From: an uncultured candidate division Zixibacteria bacterium
GTDB lineage: Bacteria; Zixibacteria; MSB-5A5; GN15; FEB-12
Assembly: GCA_963806185.1 (NCBI GenBank)
Contig: CAWDXE010000006.1
Location: 32,001 to 96,000, forward strand
Direction of reading: 5' to 3'
DNA length: 64,000 bases
A program made the translations under genes and the position numbers. Of the stretch, positions 30,239-39,410 are shown piece after piece. The notes beneath the pieces were generated by a model, which was given only the letters and a program-made list of their open reading frames with translations, searched no databases and was not told the origin of the DNA. Numbering within the stretch: position 1 is the stretch's first letter; the number at the start of each line of letters is the position of its first letter.

Positions 30239-31446
30239 AACTCATCTTTCTCACCGGCGACATCCCCTGGCCGCCGTTCACCGGCGCCAAATTACGTACG
30301 TATAATCTGCTCAGGCACCTGAGCACCGAGCACGAGATTATCCTCATCACCATGCTGACCAGCCGCGACGATCAGCCGCGCGTCGACCATATGAAGAGTC
30401 TCGGCACCCGAGTGGAACACATCTGGAAACCGCCGCAGCCGGGCTGGTCGTTTGCGACGGGTATCGCCAAAAACCTGGCGTCACCCAATCCGTTCATTGT
30501 CGACAAGCACTACTGTCAACCATATGTTGATCTCGTACGATCGGTGGTCGCTCGCGAGAAGGTCGATCTCATTCATTGCGATTCCATTTCGCTCGCGCTG
30601 GGCATCTGGGATATTGAATCGGTTCCCACTCTTCTTACCGAGCACAACATGGAGGCCATCATCTGGCGGCGGTATTACGAGGAAGAACGTAATCCACTGA
30701 AACGCTGGTACATCAAAATGCAGGCGGAGCGGGTGCACTCGTTCGAACAACGCGCCTGCAAGCAGTTCGACCTCATCGTCGCTGTCTCCGATGACGACAA
30801 GCGGCGCCTCGAGACAGAGTACCAGGCCGACAATGTCGTGGTCGTCCCGAATGGCGTCGACACGGAATATTTCACTTCCGCCGCGATACCCGAGGAGCCC
30901 AATCGCCTGGTCTTCACCGGCTCCATGGACTGGCGCCCCAATCAGGATGCGCTTCTCTATTTCTATCGCGAAATTTGGCCGCTCATCGTCGCCGAAAAAC
31001 CGAATACGGAACTCTGGCTGGTCGGCCGCCGACCTCCGTCGTCTCTCACCGCGCTGGCCAGGGCCGATCGACGAATTCACGTCACCGGGCAGGTGGATGA
31101 TGTCCGCCCGTATATTGATGCTGCCCCTGTCTATATCGTGCCGCTTCGCATTGGCGGCGGCAGTCGCTTGAAGATTCTCGAGGCACTGTCCATGAAGAAA
31201 GCGATTGTCTCCACCTCGATCGGCGCCGAGGGTCTGCATGTTGAACACGACCGGCATCTGATTCTCGCCGACACGCCACAGGCCTTCGCCGCTCAGGCCC
31301 TGCGCCTGCTCGACGATCCGACGACACGACGCCGGCTGGGCGAGACCGGTCGCGCCATGGTCATCAAGGATTACGATTGGGAGCGCATCGCGCAAATTCA
31401 GGTCCAGGCATGGCAACAAGCCGTGCGCGCCGGGGGAAAGCGATGA
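30235..31446 (+). CDS. GT4 family glycosyltransferase
   Basis: PNGVD, FTGSMDWRPN, GGGSRLKILEA. Confidence 0.92.
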   Translation: MKLIFLTGDIPWPPFTGAKLRTYNLLRHLSTEHEIILITMLTSRDDQPRVDHMKSLGTRVEHIWKPPQPGWSFATGIAKNLASPNPFIVDKHYCQPYVDLVRSVVAREKVDLIHCDSISLALGIWDIESVPTLLTEHNMEAIIWRRYYEEERNPLKRWYIKMQAERVHSFEQRACKQFDLIVAVSDDDKRRLETEYQADNVVVVPNGVDTEYFTSAAIPEEPNRLVFTGSMDWRPNQDALLYFYREIWPLIVAEKPNTELWLVGRRPPSSLTALARADRRIHVTGQVDDVRPYIDAAPVYIVPLRIGGGSRLKILEALSMKKAIVSTSIGAEGLHVEHDRHLILADTPQAFAAQALRLLDDPTTRRRLGETGRAMVIKDYDWERIAQIQVQAWQQAVRAGGKR

Positions 31447-32579
31447 CCGAGAGCTTGTTTATCGTTTCCGTACTCCTGATTGTCTACACGTACGCGGGGT
31501 ATCCGATTTTTCTCAAACTTCTTCCCCGCCGCCCCTTCACACCGGGCGACCGCTTCACGCCGCCCGTGACCATCGTGTTGTCGGTTTTCCGAGGAGTCGA
31601 TGTTATCGAGAAGAAACTGCGCAACACCTTCGCCACCGACTACCCTCAGGACAGGCTGGAATTGATCGTCATCTGTGACGGCTCCGATGACGGCACCGAC
31701 AAGAAAGTGGCATCGTTCGGTGATCCGCGCGTCAAACTGATTCGTCAAAACCCGCGCCAGGGAAAAACCGCCGCGCAGAAGAAGGCGGTCGTATCGGCCT
31801 CGCACGACCTGCTCATCTTCACCGATTTGACCACCATGCTCGATCCCGATTCTATCCCGCACCTGGTTGCCCCGCTGGCCGACCCGGCTATCGGCCTGGT
31901 GTCGAGCGAAGACATTTGGGTCACGGCCGACGGCGCATCGTCACAGTCCGGGCAGGGGGCATATGTAAAATATGAAATGTGGCTGCGCGACCGCGAATCG
32001 GCCGTCAATTCGATTGTTTCCGCCTCGGGCTGTTTCTACGCCGTGCGCAGGGAGTTCTTCGAGCCGATCCCCGACTATCTCATTGACGACACCGTGATAC
32101 CCATGACCGTCGTCCAGCACGGCTCGCGCTGCATTCACGAAAAGCGGGCCGTGTCGTACGTGCCGATGATTCCGTCCGCCGACCGCGAGTTTCCCCGCCG
32201 CGCTCGTATGGCGCTCGGCGGCATTAACGCGCTTATGTACAAGGCGCGATTGCTTAACCCCCTGGCCTACGGACTGTACGCTCTCCAGCTCTGGAGCCAC
32301 AAACTCCTTCGCTGGCTGGTGCCGGTGTTCATGCTGGTCGCTTTCCTGGCCAACGCACAGCTCGCCGCTCTGTCGCCCGCCTGGGGACTTCTGTTCTTCG
32401 CCCAGGGCTGCTTCTACCTCAGCGCTCTGTACGGGTATTCGCGACGCGAGAGTGACAACCAGCCAAAGATCGTCAAACTGATATACTTCTTTGTTTCCTC
32501 AAATCTCGCCTTGCTGTATGCCTGGTGGCAGTTTTTCACCCATCGCAGGCAAACTACCTGGACGGAGTCGCGAGGATGA
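31443..32579 (+). CDS. GT2 family glycosyltransferase
   Basis: YTYAGYP, DGSDDGT, GKTAAQ, SHKLLRW; ATG 31443 overlaps the previous stop. Confidence 0.9.
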   Translation: MTESLFIVSVLLIVYTYAGYPIFLKLLPRRPFTPGDRFTPPVTIVLSVFRGVDVIEKKLRNTFATDYPQDRLELIVICDGSDDGTDKKVASFGDPRVKLIRQNPRQGKTAAQKKAVVSASHDLLIFTDLTTMLDPDSIPHLVAPLADPAIGLVSSEDIWVTADGASSQSGQGAYVKYEMWLRDRESAVNSIVSASGCFYAVRREFFEPIPDYLIDDTVIPMTVVQHGSRCIHEKRAVSYVPMIPSADREFPRRARMALGGINALMYKARLLNPLAYGLYALQLWSHKLLRWLVPVFMLVAFLANAQLAALSPAWGLLFFAQGCFYLSALYGYSRRESDNQPKIVKLIYFFVSSNLALLYAWWQFFTHRRQTTWTESRG

Positions 32580-33343
32580 CCACACCCCTGGCCCAGCTTC
32601 CCATCCTCGTCTACCACTACTTTGGCGTTGATCGCACGGTGCAGACCGGCATCAAGCCGGAGGACATTGCATATATCACGCCGGTTCAGCTTTTCCGCAC
32701 GCATCTCGAATTCCTCGCCAACGAAGGGTATCAGCCCGTATCGTTCCAGCACGTTGCGGAATCGCTCACGTCGACCACCGGCCTTCCGTCCAAGCCAATG
32801 GTGATAACCATCGACGACGGCCATCAGAGCGTTGCCCGCTTTGCCCTACCGTTGCTCGCCGAGTTCGGCTTTTCATCAGAACTGTTTGTCATACCCTCGC
32901 GCGTGGGTCAGCCGGGGTACCTGGACTGGGATACGCTCGGCAAGCTGTCGCAATCGGGTATGGCGGTTCAGTCGCACGGCCTCACTCATCGCTATTTGAC
33001 AAAACTTACGCCGGAAGAAGTCCGCTACGAATTGAGCGAATCCAAACGGCTCATCGACCTGAACATCGGTAAACAAACACTCGCGCTTGCCGTGCCGATG
33101 GGACGGTACCCCGAAGGTCTCAATCGCGAACTCTCCGATGTCGGCTACAAAATCGGCTGTACGTCGACGTATGGCCTCAACCGGAATCTCACTTCGTTGC
33201 TGGCGCTCGAGCGCATCATGATCAAAGCCCCCAACGATACGGTCGAAGCTCTCGGCAGATTGCTGAACGACACCACCGCGCTCGCCTGGCAGATGCGCCT
33301 GCGCAATCTGGCCAAGCGCTGGCGCAACCGCCTGATCGGCTGA
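32576..33343 (+). CDS. polysaccharide deacetylase (NodB-like)
   Basis: ILVYH, TIDDG, SHGLTH, PMG. Confidence 0.88.
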   Translation: MTTPLAQLPILVYHYFGVDRTVQTGIKPEDIAYITPVQLFRTHLEFLANEGYQPVSFQHVAESLTSTTGLPSKPMVITIDDGHQSVARFALPLLAEFGFSSELFVIPSRVGQPGYLDWDTLGKLSQSGMAVQSHGLTHRYLTKLTPEEVRYELSESKRLIDLNIGKQTLALAVPMGRYPEGLNRELSDVGYKIGCTSTYGLNRNLTSLLALERIMIKAPNDTVEALGRLLNDTTALAWQMRLRNLAKRWRNRLIG

Positions 33344-33459
33344 ACGCCGCTTCCTTTTTCATTGTGTAAGCTCGTGCGGCGTGCTACCTTATAAATACAA
33401 CCGGCAGGCATTTCGTTTGAGCACGGGCATCGAGCTGCCGGTCTTTCATTATCAGGGAG

Positions 33460-34752
33460 ATGGGAAATTTGGTTAACCGCCAGGCAGTTTTTCTGCGCAT
33501 CCTGCGCACGCGGCTGAAATACAGCCCCGCTGTCAATGAACTCTTCGGCATGGGACTGACCTTGGTCGGCATACTGTACCTGCCGTTCAATCGCACCAAA
33601 GCGGCCGGATCGCTCATGCGCGCCCATCGCAACAGCCGTAACATGCGCACTCAAAAATTCCTCGAATTCCTGCTCACCCGGTTCAATCTGTACAATCCCG
33701 ACATCCTCGACCGCCTGGTCGAGGAGCGCTACGTCGAATCACCGCTGGTCCCCAGTCGTTGCCTCAAGCTGAAGGAGAAGCTGGACGACGAAAAGGGGGT
33801 CATCATTATGAAATTCAACGACACCTTCACCGCCCTTCGCCGCGTCGTTGATATGGACAGTTTGCTGGCCGACTATACGCTCTGCCTGGAGCTTTCGTAC
33901 TACGGCTGCTGCAATCCGCAGATTTTGCAGTTCATGCGCTACAGGGACCATCATGTCGTGGTCGGAGCCGTACAGGAACTGGAGCGCGCCTATCTTCATC
34001 GGTTGACCGGTAATTTGGTTCGGGCGGATTACAACAGCTCCACCTGGGTCGATGAACGGCTGTTTACGCCCATGTCGCTGCCAAAGGAATACGATTGTAT
34101 CGTGGTCGCCATGTGGGACGATATCAAACGCCACTATCTGCTCTTCGAGGCTATAGCCGAACTCAATGATCCCACCTATCGCGCCTGTGTCGTCGGCTTC
34201 ACCCTGCACGAACCCCGCGAACGTATCGACGAGTTGATCGACTACTACGGCATTCGCCAAAATGTCATCATCTTCGAACGACAGAAACAGCCACAGGTGA
34301 ATATCCTCCTGAATAAATCAAAGGTAAATCTCCTGCTCTCGTTCAAGGAAGGCGGGAACAAGAGTATCATCGAAGGTTTCTTCGCCGACGTCCCCGGTAT
34401 CGTCCTCAGCGAACATATCGGTATTGATCTTGATTGGATCAACGATCAGACCGGCCGGCTGGTGGACAAACGGCGATTGGCCGAGTCGCTGCAATGGTTC
34501 AGGACCGACTACGCGCGCTTCCATCCGCGGAAGTGGGCGCTGGAGCATATCTCCTGCGCCGCCTCCACCGCCAAGCTCGAATCTACTCTTCGGGAAATCG
34601 CAAAACGTGAGGGCCGCCCCTGGACACGGCCGTTGGCGGTGAAGATTAACGTGCCGGAATGCGATTACTACGACCCGGCCGGGCAACTCGCGCCGCTCGA
34701 TCTCTCCCGGTATCGCCGACCAGCGATCACCGGCCACTCCCCGGTCGCTTGA
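33460..34752 (+). CDS. GT-B fold glycosyltransferase (GT4-like)
   Basis: IKRH, SFKEGGNKSIIEGFFADVP (ExxxxxxxE pattern). Confidence 0.7.
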   Translation: MGNLVNRQAVFLRILRTRLKYSPAVNELFGMGLTLVGILYLPFNRTKAAGSLMRAHRNSRNMRTQKFLEFLLTRFNLYNPDILDRLVEERYVESPLVPSRCLKLKEKLDDEKGVIIMKFNDTFTALRRVVDMDSLLADYTLCLELSYYGCCNPQILQFMRYRDHHVVVGAVQELERAYLHRLTGNLVRADYNSSTWVDERLFTPMSLPKEYDCIVVAMWDDIKRHYLLFEAIAELNDPTYRACVVGFTLHEPRERIDELIDYYGIRQNVIIFERQKQPQVNILLNKSKVNLLLSFKEGGNKSIIEGFFADVPGIVLSEHIGIDLDWINDQTGRLVDKRRLAESLQWFRTDYARFHPRKWALEHISCAASTAKLESTLREIAKREGRPWTRPLAVKINVPECDYYDPAGQLAPLDLSRYRRPAITGHSPVA

Positions 34753-34918
34753 ACCCGTACCGGGCGATCTCTTGCTTGACGGCGACACGAATTTTGCGCA
34801 CATTCTCCCAGCCGGAACGCGCGCATCGTCCGGCGTTTCGGCCAATACGCAGGATTTGCCGGAAGACGCTCCCCTTTTCGTATGATTCCGGACTGCGCCA
34901 GGTTAAGGATCGTCTTTA

Positions 34919-36778
34919 ATGTCCCGAATTTGCGGACTTGTCCATAGTGTCCTGACTACCGATCAGCTCGAGACGGCCGCGGCTATGATGTTGGCGCCGC
35001 TGCGCCATTCCAATGATTTTTCGATCGAATCTTCCCTCGCTGCCCCGGCGTTCTTCGGACGATCCTATCTGCGTGCATTCAACTTCTCCACCTTTCTCGC
35101 GACCCGACCCGAAGATCAGCTAATGGTCGCCTTTTGCGGCTATCTGCGTGACATCGATCGGTTGCGCGATGAGGTGAAGCGCGATTCGTCGGGCATTGTC
35201 AGGCCGGAGAATCCTGCCGACGTGTTCGCTTACCTGCTGCCCCGTCGCGGCATGAAAATGCTGGCCGATATGTCGGGAAGTTTCACCTTCGCCATGTGGG
35301 ACGGAAAACGCAAACGGCTGTCGATCGGTACCGACCGCTACGGCATGCGTCCCTTGTATTATCGATTAGTCAACGGTGGCTTCGCCTTCGCCTCGGAAAT
35401 TAAGGCAATCACCGCCGTCGTCAACGACACCGACGTCGACATGATTGCCTGGCAGGAACTGTTTGGTTTCGGCCATCCACTTTCTGATCGCACCACCTAC
35501 GCCAGGATTAAGCGCCTCCCGGCCGCGACGGTGATCAGCTTCGACAACGGTCGCGTCAGCAGCGAGAAATACTGGTCGTACGGCGCCATCGTCATCGATC
35601 CAAAACTAACCGTGCCCGATTTTGCGGATGAAGCCCAGCGCTTGCTGCAGCATTCCATTGCCCGCCTCATGAATCAGATCGAAAAACCAATCTGCATGCT
35701 GAGCGCGGGGTTTGATTCCCGACGGGTGTTCCTCGAACTGATCAAACAAAACAAGGGTCTGACCGCTTACACCTGCGCCATCGTCCCTCCCGACGGCTCC
35801 TACATGTGCGATCTGGATATCGCCCGCGCGCTCTGCGCGGAATTCAAAATACCACACGTGGGCATCGATCAGGCGCCTTCCGATCAACAGGGTCAGATCG
35901 CCCGCCACTTGTATCGGCTGCTCGATTTCGATACCGATCAGCACCGCTGGATTATGCCCCTCATTCCCCGGATACCGGTTGCCTCCGGGGTCAACTTCGA
36001 CGGCATCGGCGGCGACATTCTCTTTCAGGATAACTGGGCCACTGAGGACGTGCTCGACGATTCCACGGATCGGAACAAACTCGCGGCAACTATTGAACGA
36101 CTGACACCTCATCATTGGTCGGCTCACTTCAGGGGCGAGGTCGGTTTTGGCTCCAATGTGCCCCGGATTCTGGAAATTCTGGAGAGCCTCCCCTTCGATG
36201 AACATCTGTTTTCCACCTTCTTTCTCATCAACTGGACGCGGCGCAAGACGGCGCTCTTCAGCCACGGCCTCATTTCGTTGAAAGTCGACTCCGTGCTGCC
36301 CTTCCTCGATTACGATCTGGTGGATTTCACCTTCCGCCTGTCTCCACGGCTGAAGCAGAGAGAATCCTCGGCCGAAGGAATGCTCCGTCGTACTCATCCT
36401 GATCTGATGGCGCGCATACCTTCCTCGCATTATCCGGGCATCTTTACCAATCCCGATAAGCACTGCCGACCGTTTTGCACTCCGGTGCCGTCCGGCTATT
36501 GGCCGAAGTCACGGCACGCCACGTATCGGACCGCCATGGCCGACCTCCTCGCCACGCCTGAGATCATGCCGCAGCTTTCCTCACGCGCCCGCCTGGCTCT
36601 CAATGCCATGAGATTCTCCCGCCTGGTAGGCGTGAGCATTCCCGCAATAGATAAACGCGCCTGGCCGCTCAGACTGCTCGGCCTTTATGCCATGCAGCGC
36701 CGCTCGTCCTTACATCCGTCATGGGGTGAAGAACAACTCAGGCTCGCACGCGCGTACGTCTACGATTCGTCGCACTGA
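34919..36778 (+). CDS. asparagine synthetase B-like protein
   Basis: DRYGMRPLY, FASEIKA, LSAGFDS PP-loop, GIGGD, PFLDYDLVDF. Confidence 0.8.
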   Translation: MSRICGLVHSVLTTDQLETAAAMMLAPLRHSNDFSIESSLAAPAFFGRSYLRAFNFSTFLATRPEDQLMVAFCGYLRDIDRLRDEVKRDSSGIVRPENPADVFAYLLPRRGMKMLADMSGSFTFAMWDGKRKRLSIGTDRYGMRPLYYRLVNGGFAFASEIKAITAVVNDTDVDMIAWQELFGFGHPLSDRTTYARIKRLPAATVISFDNGRVSSEKYWSYGAIVIDPKLTVPDFADEAQRLLQHSIARLMNQIEKPICMLSAGFDSRRVFLELIKQNKGLTAYTCAIVPPDGSYMCDLDIARALCAEFKIPHVGIDQAPSDQQGQIARHLYRLLDFDTDQHRWIMPLIPRIPVASGVNFDGIGGDILFQDNWATEDVLDDSTDRNKLAATIERLTPHHWSAHFRGEVGFGSNVPRILEILESLPFDEHLFSTFFLINWTRRKTALFSHGLISLKVDSVLPFLDYDLVDFTFRLSPRLKQRESSAEGMLRRTHPDLMARIPSSHYPGIFTNPDKHCRPFCTPVPSGYWPKSRHATYRTAMADLLATPEIMPQLSSRARLALNAMRFSRLVGVSIPAIDKRAWPLRLLGLYAMQRRSSLHPSWGEEQLRLARAYVYDSSH

Positions 36779-36855
36779 ACCTTTCAATTTCGCTCAGCGT
36801 AGACAACGTCGAGGGCCGACGTACGCCGTTTGGTATGTCTTGGTAGGGAGAATCT

Positions 36856-37866
36856 TCAATAGCCGGAAGGATGGCGCAAACGGGCGATACGGCCCCAGTC
36901 GGCGCGTGCCAGTCGGCACTGTTTCATCCACGGACGGTCCCCGCGCAGGATATTTCGATTGAGCATCAAGGCGTCCTTGGTTCCCGGGGCAAGTGGCAGA
37001 TGATTCTTCCCGGGCTGCACACCGAGGCCGAGGCGGAAACCGATCTCCTGTGTGACTTGCAAAACCACGGGCGAGTAGTTGCCGTTGGGATACGAAATGA
37101 TCTCCGGCGTCTGTCCGGTCAAGTGCTGCAGCGCCACCTGATTCTGCTCGATTTGGTGGCGAATGTCACCAGGACCGTAAATCGTGAGGATGGCGTGATC
37201 GAGCGTGTGATTGCCGATATGCACGAGCGGATGGCCGGCGAACTCTCGTAGTTCGGCCGGCGTAAACGGGCGATCCAGTTCCCCCTGTGGTCGCAGCGCC
37301 CCTACACCAAATTCGGCCACCAGTGCCCGCTCGATTTCATCGTGGCGACGCACTTTCATTTGATTCTGTTCCAGCCGTATGGCCGACACTGAGGCTCCCG
37401 CTTTGCGCCGTTCGCGGTAAAGCACGTCCCACCAGAAACAACGATTGTTCACAATGTGATTCGACGAAATGAAGAACACCGCCGGAATGGTGTACTCGCG
37501 CAAAATCCCCAGTACTCGCACATTGTCATGATAGCTGTCGTCAAAGGTCAGGAGGACATACCGGCCGTCGTCAGGCAGGCCGCGAAGCACCTGGTCCGGC
37601 GAGACGAATTGATAGCCGGCCTGTAAGTAGTATTCGAGAAACTCCCGGAAGCGGGTCATCAGCACCCCTTCGAGAGGATCGACTGTCGGGTCCTGCATTT
37701 CTGCTTCGTCCACAAACAGCTTGTGGAAGAGAAATGACAATAACCCCGGACCGTCGCCGAAAAACCTCAGATGCTCCAGAGCAAGTGATTGACTGATCGA
37801 TTTGATTACAGAGGTAATTACAGACGTCACGACCGCCGGCTCTCCCTCAAAAAAAGGAAGTGGCAA
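36856..37866 (-). CDS. polysaccharide deacetylase (start uncertain)
   Basis: LTFDD, FWWD, GNHTLDH, SYPNG. Confidence 0.85.
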   Translation of the reverse strand: MPLPFFEGEPAVVTSVITSVIKSISQSLALEHLRFFGDGPGLLSFLFHKLFVDEAEMQDPTVDPLEGVLMTRFREFLEYYLQAGYQFVSPDQVLRGLPDDGRYVLLTFDDSYHDNVRVLGILREYTIPAVFFISSNHIVNNRCFWWDVLYRERRKAGASVSAIRLEQNQMKVRRHDEIERALVAEFGVGALRPQGELDRPFTPAELREFAGHPLVHIGNHTLDHAILTIYGPGDIRHQIEQNQVALQHLTGQTPEIISYPNGNYSPVVLQVTQEIGFRLGLGVQPGKNHLPLAPGTKDALMLNRNILRGDRPWMKQCRLARADWGRIARLRHPSGY

Positions 37867-37919
37867 ACTCTCCAGCCCACCGCCGGAAAGGTAGCCGATT
37901 TACTCGAAAACACAACCGC

Positions 37920-39056
37920 TTATTTGCCTTCAGACCCGTTCAGACGATGCCCGGTTACGGCCAACTTCTCGAAGAGAATTGTCGCGATACGCCCTGCTGT
38001 GTGACCATCCCACAAGTCGGGTATCCGCCCCTTCTTTGCTCTGCCCTGAAGGATTTCTTCCACCGCCGGCAGAACCTTGGCCGGATCGGGACCCGTCAGC
38101 ACATTGCTCCCGACATCCACCGTAACCGGCCGCTCCGTCGACTCACGCATGGTTACGCACGGCACCTGGAGATAGGTCGTCTCTTCCTGCACGCCGCCCG
38201 AATCGGTCAGAACGAAGCGGCAGGTCGATTGCAGGCGCAGAAATTCCAGATACCCCAGCGGCTCGACTACCTTCAGCGTGTGCGCGTCAACCGTGTCCCA
38301 GAGGCCAAGACGGGTCAGTTCCTTCTGCGTGCGCGGATGGCACGGGAAGACAAACGGAATCCGCTGGGCCAACTGCTTCACCATCTGCCAGATTTCCCTG
38401 AGCCGTTCGGGATTATCGACATTCGACGGACGGTGCAGCGTCATCACTGCAAAGCCCTGTTCGGTTAGTCCGAGGTCTTTCAGAATCGTCGTCTGCCGAC
38501 ATGCGGCCAGACTCGAAGTAAGGGAGTCAATCATGATATTGCCGGTAAAGAAGATTCGCTCCGACGGAACCCCTTCCAGCTGGAGATGCTTGAGCCCCGA
38601 GGGCTCCGTGACAAACAGGTAGTCCGACAATCTGTCGGTTACAATACGATTAATTTCCTCCGGCATCGCCGCGTCAAATGAGCGCAGCCCCGCTTCCACA
38701 TGAGCGATTGGTATTTGCAGTTTGGCCGCGACAATCGACGCCGCCAGGGTGGAATTGACGTCACCGAAAACGATGATCAGGTCCGGGCGGTCGGCCATGA
38801 GCTGACCCTCCAGCGCTACCATAATCCTCGCGGTCTGCTCGGCGTGCGTTCCCGAACCGACGCCCAGATATACGTCCGGCTTGGCCATACCGAGCTGATC
38901 GAAAAACAACGTCGACAGCTTGGGATCATAATGCTGTCCCGTGTGCACGAGCAAAGGAGCAAACCGCTCGGGATATCTCTTTAATTCAGCCAACAGCGGG
39001 GCAGCTTTCATGAAATTCGGACGGGCGCCAACAACCAGCACAAGCTTCTTAATCAC
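37920..39056 (-). CDS. wecB: UDP-N-acetylglucosamine 2-epimerase (non-hydrolysing)
   Basis: GARPNFMK, HTGQHYD, HVEAGLRS, TDSGGVQEE. Confidence 0.95.
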   Translation of the reverse strand: MIKKLVLVVGARPNFMKAAPLLAELKRYPERFAPLLVHTGQHYDPKLSTLFFDQLGMAKPDVYLGVGSGTHAEQTARIMVALEGQLMADRPDLIIVFGDVNSTLAASIVAAKLQIPIAHVEAGLRSFDAAMPEEINRIVTDRLSDYLFVTEPSGLKHLQLEGVPSERIFFTGNIMIDSLTSSLAACRQTTILKDLGLTEQGFAVMTLHRPSNVDNPERLREIWQMVKQLAQRIPFVFPCHPRTQKELTRLGLWDTVDAHTLKVVEPLGYLEFLRLQSTCRFVLTDSGGVQEETTYLQVPCVTMRESTERPVTVDVGSNVLTGPDPAKVLPAVEEILQGRAKKGRIPDLWDGHTAGRIATILFEKLAVTGHRLNGSEGK

Positions 39057-39272
39057 AATACGTTACTCCCATAATCCTGCGTAAACATCTTCGGTGAGGG
39101 GTCATCCCAAGCCGCCGCAAGGTCCGAAAAAATCAAGCCTTTTGCAACCGCTTTCCCGACTCATCACTCCCCCAGTATCGGCACCCCGGGGAACATTCGT
39201 GAACAGATCGATTCCTCCGCTATTTGCCCGCCGCCACACCCCCGGCAAACTCTGTATCCCGTTGCCCCCCAG

Positions 39273-39300
39273 CTAAGAACCGTCACCTTTCCGCCGATAT
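39273..39300 (+). promoter_or_regulatory. sigma28-like promoter upstream of the chain-length gene
   Basis: CTAAG-N15-GCCGATAT, overlapping a TATAAT at 39298. Confidence 0.5.
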
Positions 39301-39410
39301 AATGTGTATAACCGGTTAAGGTACTTGAATACACTATTTGAGCACAGTATCTTGGGCACCGGACTGGCCCCCGGTCACCTGATTATAACCATAGCGGAGA
39401 TTCTGGACAC

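Noticed and set aside
34919..36778. Lasso peptide cyclase / RiPP cluster
   Set aside because: No B protein, RRE or precursor nearby; context is polysaccharide synthesis
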